Of a stretch of 64,000 nt of DNA, positions 12,406 to 25,803 are shown in pieces. Under the pieces are notes generated by a model. The model worked only from the letters and a program-made list of their open reading frames with translations, did no database searches and was not told where the DNA came from. Numbering within the stretch: position 1 is the stretch's first letter; every line of letters starts with the position of its first letter. Source of the DNA: Octopus vulgaris (taxonomy: Eukaryota); NCBI GenBank assembly GCA_951406725.2, contig OX597820.1, positions 100,440,001-100,504,000 on the forward strand, in the 5' to 3' direction. Made by a program: the position numbers and the translations under genes.

Positions 12406-13510
12406 GTGAGATACTTTCTGTTTCATTTTTGTTTCGCTGCTGTCTGGTAAAATTATGTTTAATAGAGAGCTTCAGTTGTGTTCCTTTTGTATCTCCAGTT
12501 TTCTGGTTGAGTCCGTTTTTGTCTGGCATGAAAATGTCACTACCTGAGATTTTAATCATTCTAGAACATAAAAGAAAATAAAGTAAATGCATTTCACATT
12601 ATTTAGTTCATAATTAGACACAGTACATCAGTGTGCGAAGACGCATGGCTTAGTGATTAGAGCGTTGGGCTCAATCATGAGGTAGTGAGTTCATTTCCTG
12701 GACCGGGTTGTGTGTTGTGTTCTTGAGCAAGACACTTTATTTCACGTTGCACCAGTTCATTCTGTTGTAGATATGAGTTGTGATATCACTGGTGCCAAGC
12801 TGTGCTTTTCCCTTGGATTACATCAGTGGCATGGAGAGAGAAGGCTGATATGCATCGGTGGCTGTTGGTCTTCCATTAAACAACCTTGTCTGAACTTGTC
12901 CCTGGAGGGTAACTTTTATATTAGTGTACAGCATTGTCTTAGAATAATTGGCAGCTTGGTATGTCCAAGAATCTTTATGTGTGGCTGTCTTCTAAATATT
13001 TAATCAAATTGTTGTATGTCTTAGTCTGCTCAAGCAAAGCTATGAAGTCTACTCATCATCAATAATGTCTTGTGTAATATAGGCCAGTTATTCGTGTAAA
13101 TGGAAGCCTGCAGTTAATAGCATGACTGTTAAAAACTTTCAGAGTAGATAATTGTGTTTAATTACATTTGCATCTATGGATCTATGAAAATCACTCACTT
13201 GAGCAGTGCTGTTGTAGCCACTTATATCAGCAATTCATCTACCTTTGATGACATGTAAAATAAGTGATTCCTTACTTGAAAAATAGGCAAGGGTTAGCAA
13301 CAGGATGGGCATCCATCTGTAAATGATGCTTCAATATAAATATGTAAATCATACTAGCACAGAAAAGTGGTTTTAAAAATGAACAAATAGTTGATGGAAG
13401 TCATCTCAAATACTTAAGATGCTGGGCTGCATGTAGACCATGATGAGTGATGATATGGTGAATGACAGAGTTGCTCACTCTAAATCAGCATAGAAAAGTG
13501 AATGCTTTAA

Positions 13511-14158
13511 CCCTTTCATTACTATATTTCTAAGTAAAACACAACCCCTTAAGTTTTTCAATTAAATTCTAAAATAATCATGAATTTAGACTGGTTTCAT
13601 TAAACTTTTTTATTTATCAACATATTAATGTGATTTTTGGAACACAGTTGAAGAAAAGGTTCATAATTCTATTGCATAACTTTTGTCTCAGAGTGACTCT
13701 AATTACAGGTAAATACAGGTAACCACAAGCTATCTTTTTTCTTAGTTTGTTTACTTTCTGTGTAATGCTTTGTTTTCACAGTGATTGCTTCAAACAATCT
13801 TATATTTGCTTGATTTCTCCATATCTTCTGTTGAAATGCCCTCAAATTCAGAATTGCTGCTTGGTAGCATGAAACTGCTATCCATTGTAAAATTTGAAAA
13901 AAAAAATCGCCAAAGCAAAAATGTGGAGAAAAATTTCCCAAAATTCACAGAGCTCAGATATCACATCAAACACTGTTGGATACTGTAACTCAACTATTTA
14001 CAAAGTGAAATCACGTGTTTTTCATGAATGTACCAATGAGATTTGTGCTGAAATTCACATTTAAATATCAATGGGTTCACCTGGCCAGCTTTGGTCGGGT
14101 TGGTCGTTTGAGCCAAAAAGTTTTCTAGCTGGCTGGAACCGGGCTGGTAATGAACGGG
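13511..14158. mobile_element. Non-autonomous piggyBac-like element
   Basis: TTAA|CCCTTTCATTAC ... GTAATGAACGGG|TTAA. Confidence 0.8.
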
Positions 14159-14942
14159 TTAAGCAATCATGAAATTGTAAAGTGTAGATGGTATTAAAGA
14201 TGTGTTTGAATGCATTTAAATGTAAACAGTAAACATGCATCAATTTGAGGAAATACTGTGTATTTTCATTGTTTTATTTTCACTAAAAATATATCATCAT
14301 CATCGTTTAACGTCCGCTTTCCATGCTAGCATGGGTTGGAGGATTTTGACTGAGAGCTGGCGAACCAGATGGCTGCACCAGGCTCCAATCTTGATTTGGC
14401 AGAGTTCCTACAGCTGGATGCCCTTCCTAACACCACATATCTTAATGATATTTTTGTATATAACTTCTACCAGTGTGAAAAGAAAATTGCTCTTAAAAAC
14501 AATGATATTAATGAAGAAAGTTCTTCATCTTCATTGCAAGGATTATACTGTCCAGAACTAAGTCACTTATTGCCATTGTCCACACATACACTAAATTTGT
14601 GGTTTTGTGTCTATATTAGAAATAAATAGTCAAACGGTAGTAAAAGAATTGGTAGAGCACCAACTAAAATAACCATCAGTCTTTTTAGCATCATCTCCTC
14701 TTAATGTTTTCTTCATTTTGCATTGATGTTAGAAACATTCTCATTAGTGCTCTACTTTCCTTGTAATTGCTGAAAAGTAAATATAGTTAAGGACACCACC
14801 ATTAATGTAGCTCTGAAGATAGGTATACAATAGGCAATAGATATCACTAATATTTCCAGAAGCTTTATATTAAATTGGCCTCACAAAATGTGTTCCTTTA
14901 CACTTCCAAAAACTAAGTCCCATTGCTGTTCACACTTTGCAG

Positions 14943-14989
14943 GGCCAGCTTCAGTTATGAGGAAGATGAACCTAATGAATTTGATACAG
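14943..14989 (+). CDS. EXD1: EXD1 exon 4 (TASFSYEEDEPNEFDT)
   Basis: ctttgcAG acceptor, AG|GTAAGT donor, phase 2/1 fits both neighbours. Confidence 0.75.
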
Positions 14990-16314
14990 GTAAGTTAATA
15001 TTGATTTCATTGGGCCTGTTGATGATAAAAGACTATAACTTATTGGGTTGTAGGGACACCACACAAGACTGTCTTAAGATAAGTCAGTCAAAACAAGCCT
15101 ATTTTTACCAGTTTTCACCTTTGTGCATTCATAAAACATTAACATGTTGGTGTTTCCATTGATTTTAGTGGTGATGGGTGGGTAAGGATGCTGCAAGTTT
15201 TAGTAATTTTGTCTGGATTTTGCTGTGTTATGATGGAATAACAACTTTCAGCTGCAACTTACTGTGTCTGATGACATTCAAACATCCAAGACCAAATTTT
15301 CCTATGATGGAATGTAACTGGTTGATTTTATCCTTGTATATTACTGATATTTATTTTATTAAAATTAAAAAGATTAAAAGCAAAGCATTTGTTTTATGTA
15401 TTGAAATTAAAATTATATAAACTATGTAATGGCGGTGCCCCAGCATGGCCACAGCTCGTGAGCTGAAACTAGATAAAATAAAAAAAAATAAAATAAAAAT
15501 AAATACATTTAGATAAGTCTGTTAATTCATTTCTCTCTAAATCCTTTAACATTTAAACTGGTCATACCCAGACCAAATATTCTACCTGTTTTACATTCAA
15601 CTAGCCAGATCCAGCCTATCACACTTACCCTACAATATCATTCTAAAAATTAACACATTGAAATCTCGAAGTTCTGCAATAATGCATGATTTTTCAAAAT
15701 AATGTGAATAAATAAACTCTACATTTCATAGAATAATCTAAATGATAAAGGGTTAATAGTTTATTTTGGGTCAGTTTAAAACCCTACATTTTTAGGTGAT
15801 AGAAAGCAGAAACATGGATGTTTTTCAACTTTTTCTCTAGGCCATCAGTGGTATATGTAACTTCTGTCACGTCATGTATTGAATTCCTCAGGACCTTAGC
15901 TTCTTTGCGGCACTCACAAGCACCAGAGAAATTATGAGAAAGTAACAGAAACCGAATGTACTCTATAGTTAAATCCATGTTGTTTAAATATATCTAATCT
16001 AAGTTTTTTTTATAGTATAATAAAACTACAAGGTAGTGCTGTTGGTAGGAGAGGCTAGGAAGGTAAAATTGTTACTGAATGAATTAAGAGAAGTTAAAAG
16101 ATGGTAAGAAAAAACAAAAAAAGGTGAAGCAGTGAAAAATTTTTTTTTTAAGAAATCTCAAAAATCACTTTTTAAAATGAAAAAAATTCAAACAAAAATC
16201 ACTGAGATACACCAGCACATTATCTAAATTGTTGTCATAGAAAAAAGTTATATATTACAGTGCTTGTAAAATTATTCTCTTTGCTATTTATTTCTGTTCT
16301 GTTGATTAATTTAG

Positions 16315-16430
16315 ACGAAAAAAGCGAGGAAGATGAGATGACACAAACTGAAAAGAACCATTCAAACAAAGACCTGGCAAAATCATGTGATAAATTCACT
16401 ATCGTAGAAAGCAAAAATCTCAAAGCTACT
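16315..16430 (+). CDS. EXD1: EXD1 exon 5 (DEKSEEDEMTQ...CDKFTIVESKNLKAT)
   Basis: aatttAG acceptor, GTAAGT donor, phase 1/0. Confidence 0.8.
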
Positions 16431-16870
16431 GTAAGTTAATCCCTTGTTTGTCTCAAATGTTTTTTTATTATTACCAATATTCAAATTCTGACTGTGTTCC
16501 ATGATTTTAGATGAAGCACTGGTTGTGACAAAATGTTTTAACAATGTACTCATAAAGACCAGCACTTTTGCTTACAATAAACTCTAGTGCATTTCTGAGC
16601 CTTGGACCGTTCAAAATAGAAGAATTTTGTTTTTTATTATACAAACACATTAAAGAAACTAATTGCAATTGCTAATGACAGACAATAGAAAAAAATAATG
16701 TGTGCATGTAACAGAAAGACATATACAAAGCACACACACACACATAACTGCAGTACATACATTACATATATCCAAGTCTTAAGATGCATAGAGAAAACAT
16801 TCAGATTAAACACACATGCATGTGCACATGCATATACACATACATGCTTTTACTAGCACAATGAGTGAGT

Positions 16871-17435
16871 CATCATCATCATCGTTTAGTGTCTGCTTTC
16901 CATGCTAGCATGGGTTGGACGGTTCAACTGGGGTCTGTGAAGCCAGGAGGCTGCACCAGGCCCAGTCTGATCTGGCAATGTTTCTATGGCTGGATGCCCT
17001 TCCTAACATCAACCACTCCGTGAGTGTAGTGGGTGCTTTTTACGTACCACCGACACAGGTGCCAGACGAGGCTGGCAAACGGCTACGATTGGATGGTGGT
17101 TTTTACATGCCACCAGCACAGAGGCCAGGCAAGGCTGGAAACGGCCACATTCAGATGGTTCTCTTACGTGCCCCCAGCACTGGTATCACAGCTACAATTT
17201 CCAATGATGTTGATCGATTTTGATTCTGATTTCTCACTTGCCTCAACAGGTCTTCACAAGTAGAGTTTTGTGTCCCAAGAATGAAAAGGTATGCATAAGT
17301 GGACTGGTTACATCCCAGGTAGAGGCCACAGGTTATGGTCCCTCTAGTCCTGCCGGGTCTTCTCGCGCACAGCATACTACCATAGGTCTCGGTCTCTAGT
17401 CATTTCCTCGGTGAGACCTAAAGTTTGAAGGTCGT
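16871..17435 (-). mobile_element. RTE 3'-tail element; close relatives at about 10695-10930, 14295-14435, 21527-21785, 36365-36680, 55414-55770 and 59224-59570
   Basis: (CAT)n-CGTTTA...TTTCCATGCTAGCATGGGTTGGACGG...GGATGCCCTTCCTAAC recurring with high identity. Confidence 0.8.
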
Positions 17436-17834
17436 GAAAAATAACTTAATTTGTTCACTGATTTTATTGTAGCACTCCGTCGGTTACGACGACGAGGGCT
17501 CCAGTTGATCTGATCAATGGAACAGCCTGCTCGGGAAATTAAGGTGCAAGTGGCTGAGCAATGCACAGACACGTGTGCCCTTAATGTAGTTCTTGGGAAG
17601 ATTCCTCATGACACAGTATTTGGCAAGGCTGGCCCTTTGAAATACAGGTATAACAGAAACAGGAAGAAAGAGTGACAGAAACTTGTGGTAAAAGAGTACA
17701 GCAGGGCTTGCAAGCACCCCCTGCTGCACCCCTACTGCTGCTACTGCTACTACAACTCACCATTACTACTACCACAACTATTACTGCTACTGGCTGAAAT
17801 CCTCTAATTTATATATTTGTTTTACTCTTTACAG

Positions 17835-17921
17835 TTAGATTTCATTCAAAGAGAACACTCAATTGGTTTGAATATAGAGAGCTCAGGAGAAGGTCGATTT
17901 GGGACAATTGTCTGGGTTACG
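17835..17921 (+). CDS. EXD1: EXD1 exon 6 (LDFIQREHSIGLNIESSGEGRFGTIVWVT; ExoI region)
   Basis: ctctttacAG acceptor, GTAAGT donor, phase 0/0; DEDDy ExoI-like segment with GRFG..W. Confidence 0.9.
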
Positions 17922-18988
17922 GTAAGTCTTAACATACAATTATTTTATTGCCCTATTCCATAAGAGCTGTAGAGTGATCACAACAGTAGTTTTTTTCCTC
18001 TATTCATTTCATGATATTCCCATGTATCCCTTTCATTTAAAGCTGATTAAAAATGTACCAAGCATATACTAAATTGAATTCAGTCACCTGTACCCCTCAC
18101 CTGTAAAGCTGTGGTACTGCACCAATGTAAGAAATTTTATTACTTTGGACAGTTCCTGACAAGTTGCATGCATTTATTGCAACACAGCCTTGTCACCAGT
18201 AAAAAGGTAATTCGATTGAATTTGATTCCTGGACTGGGCTGTTTGTTGTGTTTTTGAGCAAGAAGCTTTATTTCATGTTGCTCCAGTTCACTCAGTTGTA
18301 GAAATGAGTTACGATGTCACTAGTGCCAAGCTGTATCAGTCTCTGCTTTTCCCTTGGAGAAGGAAATCTAGTGTGTATGGGTGACTGTTGGTCTTCCATG
18401 AACAACCTTACTTGGACTTGTGCCTTGGAGGGTAACTTTCTAGGTGCAATCCCATGGTCATTCATGACTGAAGGAAGCCTTTTTTTTTTTTTTTACCTTT
18501 TATTTGATTGAAACCATGTTAGTTGGAAATATGTGAAGCATGACGATTAAATGTTGGAGTCATATCTATTTTCAAATTATTATCATAATAGATCTTCAGT
18601 GTTGCAGTATTTTCCAAATAGACTTATTTTTATGCTTTATGCTGTGTGGATCACATATTTTGATAAGAAGGATTGTCAAAGAAAATATTATGAACCATTT
18701 TTTTAAAACCATACTGCTATATCTGAAACCTCAGCAAGACTGTCTTAGTATGTTTACTACCATATTTTCTGGCGTGCGGGTCAAATTTATTGACCAAAAT
18801 TTACAACCAAAAATAGGTAAGTAAACTTATGCAAGACAACTTTGGAGCACCAAAATTTCCATGTGAAATGCAGCAGGATTTTGGAAAGATAATGATGATG
18901 TTTAACTGTTTACTCTATATAATATACTGACTTGTGGTATTCATCTTATCAATGTTTAATTTATTTTTTATTTTATTTTCTTTTACAG

Positions 18989-19093
18989 ATAGCAGTGAAA
19001 TCACACGTCTATATTTTTGACTTTAGAACTTTGGAGAAGAAAATTTTCAGTCTTGGACTGAAAGCCATTTTAGAGGACTTGACTATAACTAAA
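18989..19093 (+). CDS. EXD1: EXD1 exon 7 (IAVKSHVYIFDFRTLEKKIFSLGLKAILEDLTITK)
   Basis: ttttacAG acceptor, GTTAGT donor, phase 0/0; VYxFD and GLKxILED motifs. Confidence 0.9.
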
Positions 19094-20248
19094 GTTAGTC
19101 ATTTTTATTTATGAGAAAGAATAATTACTTTGTATTTAAAAAAGTTCTGTTCATTATAAGGAATGTGAGTTGGTTGTTACTAGAGATTAGAACTAGATAC
19201 ATTACAATGTTTCTTCTCATCTCTCAGTTCTGCACTTAAATCCTGTTTAGGGTTCATGCACGATGTAGTTATCATAATAGGGAATGTCAATAGAACCTAG
19301 TTTTAATGTTATGCGGCTCAACAGAGTAAGAGCTTGTTTAGTAACCAGTTGGTCAGGACTTCAAACCTTACTGCTACATGTGTTGCATATTCCCCATTGA
19401 GCATGGCACAAAACTGTTTAGGTAAAAATTAAACACAAAGTGAATTTTGAGAGCCAGAGAATTCATGAGATACATAATAACACTTTCTTTGGCTTGTCAA
19501 TTTGACAAGCAGGTTCTGTTTACAAATGGTAGGATAGATATAGAAATGAGGCTCTAAGTATAAAGAAATGTCAGAATTTGTAAAATCTACCCCACTTATG
19601 TTAACACTGACCAATGACATAAAGCAATTCACTGAAAGCAGTCCCTTTATAGTGAATGCTGTCCAAGAGGTATCCAACACAATAGAACACATCACAGGAA
19701 CAGTTTTATTCGATCTTGTTCAATAACTTACTATTCTTTATTTGGGTCTGTACTTTTTACTTTTTATCTTCAGTTGACCATCTAAATCATTATTGTTCTC
19801 CTCCTCATCATCATCATGAAGAACACCATCATTATCACTTGTATTGTCTTTTTCATCCTCACCATTATAATTCCAAATATTATCACCATCATCACACCTG
19901 TTGAGGTAGATTAAATATTATTAGGAATAACTTTACATTAAGGAATGAATAGTCCCAGCAGACAAAATGGAAAAGGTGTTGCCCCAGAATATGATGGAGA
20001 TGCGCCAAAACAGCCACTCTGACACACAGGGCTCACCTTTGTAGACAGTCGTTTCTGCCCTGATAGTGGTGAGCAGGGATATGTTCTGCGGGCTGAGAAC
20101 ACTGGAGGTCTCCACTGCCACAGACTCAACTATAAACATTTCACTAAAAGCTGTGTATTTTATTGTTATTGTTGTTTTGTTTTTTTTTTTTTCATATTTT
20201 ATAAACAAAAATTAAAGAGGTATTTTGTATTGTGTCTTTCTGTTTCAG

Positions 20249-20329
20249 TTTATCCATGATTGCCGTTTTATATCAGATCTCCTCTACAACAAATATAATG
20301 TGCAATTAGCAAATGTTTTTGATACACAG
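20249..20329 (+). CDS. EXD1: EXD1 exon 8 (FIHDCRFISDLLYNKYNVQLANVFDTQ; ExoII region)
   Basis: tgtttcAG acceptor, CAG|GTAAGT donor; HDCR...NVFDTQ is the EXD1/Egalitarian signature. Confidence 0.93.
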
Positions 20330-20404
20330 GTAAGTAATTTTCAAATGTAATTTTAAAAAAATTTAATGAGTTTTCTATTTTTTTAAAACTCATACAAACA
20401 GTAT

Positions 20405-20775
20405 GAGTGGCTGTGTGGTAAGTAGCTTGCTTACCAACCACATGGTTCCGGGTTCAGTCCCACTGCATAGCATCTTGGGCAAGTGTCTTCTGCTATAGCC
20501 CCGGGCCGACCAATGCCTTGTGAGTGGATTTGGTAGACGGAAACTGAAAGAAGCCCGTCGTATATATATATATATATGTATGTGCGTGTTTGTGTGTCTG
20601 TGTTTGTCTCCCTAGCATTGCTTGACAACCGATGCTGATGTGTTTACGTCCCCGTCACTTAGCGGTTCGGCAAAAGAGACTGATAGAATAAGTACTAGGC
20701 TTACAAAGGCTTGCTCGACTAAAGGTGGTGCTCCAGCATGGCCACAGTCAAATGACTGAAACAAGTAAAAAGAAA
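20405..20775 (+). mobile_element. Bipartite SINE with internal (TA)n; relatives at about 33560-33930, 56897-57290 and 58585-58940 (minus)
   Basis: GGCTGTGTGGTAAGTAGCTTG...GGGTTCAGTCCC...GGCAAGTGTCTT...GAAGCCCGTCG-(TA)n-...GACTGAAACAAGTAAAAG. Confidence 0.8.
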
Positions 20776-22099
20776 AAAAAGTACTCCTTGATATTGTTCT
20801 GCTTACTACTGGTACTTCACTCTCCCCCCTCTCTTAAATAGTACATTTATCTCCTCTTCCTGTGCCTCCTATCTTTATTAATTCTCCATCTATCTCTACC
20901 ACTACAATTGATACTTCCTATCTCAAAAATATCCCTACTTTATTGTGATGTAATATCATTTTGTTACCAAGGTATTATAAAGGCCTTTAGATTGTTACCC
21001 AACATATGAGGAAGAATATTGGGAATATGGGAATATATTTTTACCACTGGGTAAATATCAGATAGTTTCCAACCCATGCCAGCATGGAAAACAGACGCTA
21101 AAGGATGATGGTGATATTACAAAAGTCTGGTCTGCCTGTCACCCAAACTGCAGTTTCCCCACCCCCATCTCTGTGCATCACATCTCCAAATTTTCCATGT
21201 TTAAGTACTCCTTGCAAAATAACCTAGCTCCCGGCACCATACATATATCAGTTTTGCCTTGAAATGGAAAATCGGCACAATTCACTTTAGTCAGATCAAA
21301 TTATTGATGACCAAAATTCATCGTCTTTGTTGCAGGTTTATGCGTTCATTGCCAATTTTCTAATGAAATGCATTGCCTTTGTTTCAATTAATTTTGAAAA
21401 TTTATGAAGAATTTAGTTGTCATTATTTAGCTGGTGTTGGAAACATTAATTTAACATGATAGAAAGTTTTAATTTAAATCACTTTAACCCTTTAACATTC
21501 AGATTTCTTTGTCGAACATAAAGTAAATCATCATCATCATCATCATCATTTAGCGTCCGCTTTCCATGCTAGCATGGGTTGGACGGTGCAACTGGGATCT
21601 GTGAAGCCAGAAGGCTGCACCAGGCCCAGCCTGATCTGGCAATGTTTCTACGGCTGTATGCCCTTCCTAGCACCAACTACTCCGTGAGTGTAGTGGGTGC
21701 TTTATACGTGCCAGACAAGGCTGGCAAACGGCCATGATCAGATGGTGCTTTTTACGTGCCACCGGCACAGGGGCCAGGCGAGGCTTCCCTCTTTAATCAT
21801 GAATTTCCATGGGATTGTGCCTAGAAAGTTACCCTCTGAGGCACCAGTCCAGGCTAAGTTGTTTATGGAAGACCAGCAACTGCCCATGCATACCAACCAC
21901 CTTCTCTCTCCACACCACTGGGGTTGACATATTTGACTCATCCCCCTACCCTGAAATTGCTGGCCTTGTGCCAAAATTTGAAATCAATAATAATAACAAT
22001 AGATTTTATATGAGTGTGACTGCCGTGATTTTTAAGTTAGACTTTTAATTTGAGAATAGAAGTATTATATTTTTATGTTATTCCTGCTAAATTTTTCAG

Positions 22100-22255
22100 G
22101 TTGCTGATGTGTTTGTTCATCGTATATGGCATGGGTGTGGTCATCGAGATACATGGCCAAAACATGTCCAGAATCTGGCTGCTTGTTTATATGGTCACTT
22201 GGAACTAAGCACAGAACAGATATCTTGTATCCGAATCAGGCAAAACAGATCAAAA
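22100..22255 (+). CDS. EXD1: EXD1 exon 9 (VADVFVHRIWHGCGHRDTWPKHVQNLAACLYGHLELSTEQ...)
   Basis: atttttcAG acceptor, GTAAGT donor, phase 0/0; continues DTQ|VAD. Confidence 0.9.
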
Positions 22256-22978
22256 GTAAGTTAGCTACTCTGGTGATATTCTTTTTAACTGCTTTGCTAA
22301 AGTTGATAATGGTGAGTTCATTGTCATTATCATCATTTAATGTCCTTTCCCATGCTGGCATAGAGTAGACAGTTTGACTGGAGCTGGTAAGCCAGAAATC
22401 TGCACCAAATTCCAGACGTCTGTTTTGGCTTGGTTGTTACAGCTGGATGCCCTTCCTGACATCAACCACTTTACAGAGTGTACTGGGTGTCTTTTACATG
22501 TCACCAGCAAGAGTGCTCTTACACATCAATAGCACAGGTGTCTTTTATGTGGTTGAACCACATGAAAGGATCTTTAAGTTAGTTCTTTTTTGTACACAGT
22601 TCACATATTTCACATTGATAAAATTAAGAATTTGTTTTCTTCATAAACCAAACTAGAGATGTAGGACAACATTTACAATTCAAATTAGCTTCAGCATTTT
22701 TTTAAAAATAAATAAAATTGTTATTTAAATTGATAGTAAAAAAAATAAAATATCAGATTGTTGTAAAATTTTAGTTCAGATCTCACTGGAGTTGTCTTTC
22801 ATTTCTCTGAATTTAATAAAATAAATACCAACTCATTGATCTTGAATTCAGTATTTAATTTTATGTGTTTCATTCCTTCTGTATGTCAGAAATTGGTATC
22901 AAATTACCAGGAAATATTAGTTGTAATAGGCTGACCTACATTCTATTTGTATGGGAGATTTCTCTCTCTTCTACTTAA

Positions 22979-23184
22979 TCCTTTAGCATTCAAGCCGGCC
23001 ATATCCAGCCCAAATATTCTACCTGTTTTATGTTCAAACTGACCAGACCCAGCCTCTCATGCCTTTCTAAAAATAAACAATCACATCATCATAATCTTGA
23101 AGCTATGAGATAATGCATGGTTAATTCAAAGCAATTTGGATATATAAGCATTACATTTGACAAAGTAATCTGAATGCTAAAAGG
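22979..23184. mobile_element. TTAA-flanked MITE of about 206 bp; relatives at about 15542-15752, 27715-27918 and a split copy 662-692 / 1484-1677
   Basis: TTAA|TCCTTTAGCATTC ... GAATGCTAAAAGG|TTAA with a shared internal sequence. Confidence 0.8.
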
Positions 23185-23355
23185 TTAAATCTAAATCAGA
23201 GCACCAACCTTCAGTTTTAGGACATACATTAAAGTTATAAACTGAGCTTGATTCAATTGACAATGTTACCACCACCCACTTTAAAATCAACATTGAACTA
23301 AGTCAACAAAATTTTTCTGTTTCTACTAATTTCTTATTCTTTATGATTTGATCAG

Positions 23356-23547
23356 CAAGAAGAAGATTTTTGGACTCAACATCCACTTTCTGCCTCACTA
23401 GCAGAACGTCTGTATTCAAGTGTTGTCTACATAGAAGAACTTGGACATTTACTAATGAACAAAATGATGGTTGAATATTTGGCATGTGTAGATATTTACC
23501 TTGGGACTACGAGGGACTTGAATGATTCTGAAGCTCTCTGGACATTG
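23356..23547 (+). CDS. EXD1: EXD1 exon 10 (QEEDFWTQHPLSASLAERLYSSVVYIEELG...VDIYLGTTRD...)
   Basis: gatcAG acceptor, GTGAGT donor, phase 0/0; W-x-x-[RH]-P-L precedes the ExoIII position. Confidence 0.88.
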
Positions 23548-23591
23548 GTGAGTAGTTTTAGACCTATCTTTTTTTTACAGTTGTCACATAT

Positions 23592-23855
23592 ACTACTTAC
23601 TTGTACTTGTGGTGACATCCACCCTGGGTGGGTTGAGTCGGCTTCTTCTACCACCCTTGAGGCATCTCGAACCAATGCAGGCTGACCACCCGTGGTCCCG
23701 CGAGCACGGAGAGGTCCTCCTTGATCGTCGTAACCCAGGTCTTCAGCTGCCCGCTCGCGCGTTTACGCCAGTTGGGAAGTGGACTTGGGAGAAGAACATC
23801 ACGGCTCAGTTCACCCACCGGACGCCTACTGTAGGCATCCGGTGGGTGAACTGAG
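23592..23855 (-). mobile_element. GC-rich 3' fragment of a distinct RTE LINE with a foldback hairpin at its 5' junction
   Basis: Minus strand RRPVGELSRDVLLPSPLPNWRKRASGQLKTWVTTIKEDL; CAAGTA-repeat tail; 25-bp palindrome arms at 23805-23855. Confidence 0.75.
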
Positions 23856-25803
23856 TTGTCATATATGCAGCGTATGATAAAAGGAATGCTTTTGTAGCTT
23901 TGAATAGGTGGTTAAGTCATTGCTAAAGGTTTTATCCTCATTTTGTTTGTCAGTATTATTGAGCACATTCTTTTTCAGGCTGTTCTTTACATCCAGTAAC
24001 AAGGAATAGGTAAATAAGTAAAATAAGTAAAATGGGTCTACAGGGAATGAAACCTGTATCACTGATTTGGTTCATTATGATGATGATGATAATATATGAT
24101 ATATATTATTAACATCCACTTTTTCATGCTTCCATTGGTTGGATGGAATTTGTTGAACCAGATTTCCTACAATCATCTGTCCTTTATTTTGTCTTCTCTC
24201 ACCTGTTTCCAAGTAAGATATTTTTTTCTCATGAATGGCATCTTGGGCAAGTGTCTTCTACTACAACCTCTTCCCAACCAAAGCTTTGTGAGAGGATTTG
24301 GTAGACGGAAACTGAAAGAAGCCCATCATGTGTCTATATTATTATTATTATTATTATTGTTTTTATTGTATTTTTGTATTTATATTCGTGTAACATCGTC
24401 TGTTTTTCCGTCCTTGTTTCGTATACATTCAATGCTTTTTTCCAAGGAATCTAATGCTCTTAGCTTAGTTTTTCCTTGGGGCTGGCCAGACTGGAGCAAT
24501 CTCAAGATTAATTAGCGGAAATTGTGAGGATGATCTGGTTCTTGACTGAAGATAAAAGGCTTTGAATGACCCATCCTTGTTTTTTTGTATCTGGATGTTT
24601 TGTTGTCCCCTTTTGTATCACCTAGTTGTCCGGATGTTTTGCGTTCTTGTTCCATTTTGTATTTTATTTTATATATCTATATCTCCCCCATTACTGCTTG
24701 ACAACTGGTGTTGGTGTGTTTATGTCCCTGTAACATAGCAGTTTGACAATAGGGACTGATAGAATAAGTACTAGGTTTTTAAAAAAAAGCCCTGGGGTTG
24801 ATTTGTTTGACTAATACCCTTCAAGGTGGTGCTGTAGCATGGCTGCAATCTAATGACTGATACAAGTAAAAGAATAAAGAACAGATGGACATGTTTTCTT
24901 GGAAGATTGAAAACAAATGACACTGTTTGTAGTATGGAAACATTTACAAATAGTACATAATGTCATAGCAAGGAACCACACAAACTCATACAGCCCATGC
25001 TGGTGCTGCATAACAGCACCCAGTATACTCAGCAAAGTGGTTGGCATTAGGAAGGGCATTCAGTTGTAGAAACCAAGCCAAAACAGCTCTTCAACTGACC
25101 AATGGTGATGATGATGACAATGCACATCGTTCAGTCATTGATAAATCCCCAAAATAACACACTGTTCCATCTCGCCCAGAAAGGATGTTGCTTAGCAGAA
25201 ATTTGTTTCGGGTTATTTTTGGGTTTTTTTTTTTTTTTGCAACCCTGACTGGCCAAGATTGCATTCCTATCTCATAATAGAGAAGTGATGTGCTTCTGCC
25301 CAGCACTTCTGACAAGGTGCCTATATCGCTAAGAGGTGTGAAACCAATGGTAACTCCCTGACTGGCCATAACAACTACACTATGTGTGTGTGTGTATGTA
25401 TATATGTTATAGATAGATAGACATATACCTGACATATATTTCATGTATATATTGACCCCCGAAAGGAGTCAATAAAATAAATTATAAGTTAGGATCAGTG
25501 GTGTCAACTTAGCTCCTCACCTCAAAATTGCTGGCCCTGTACTTAAATCAGATATCAATTTGGCTTCAGTGATCCAATTAGTCTACTGAATTCATCTTCA
25601 CTATCACTCATGTACAGTGATCGATGGTATTGACATATCCCCTCCCCTTAAAATTACTGATCTTGTTCTAAATCAGAAATCAAATAGGCTTAAAAGGCCC
25701 AATTAGTTTATGGGACTCACTTTTATTATTATGTTGATTTGATAAATAAGCTGATTTGACTGTTATTTCCCTGCCTCATATATCATTTTTTTTTTTTTTC
25801 CAG

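Noticed and set aside
14474-14560. Possible extra EXD1 exon (CEKKIALKNNDINEESSSSSLQ)
   Set aside because: No GT donor, phase incompatible with exon 3, and exons 3 and 4 already join in frame
15796-15960. Possible extra EXD1 exon after tttttAG or ctctAG
   Set aside because: In-frame stops and no phase-1 donor; exons 4 and 5 join directly
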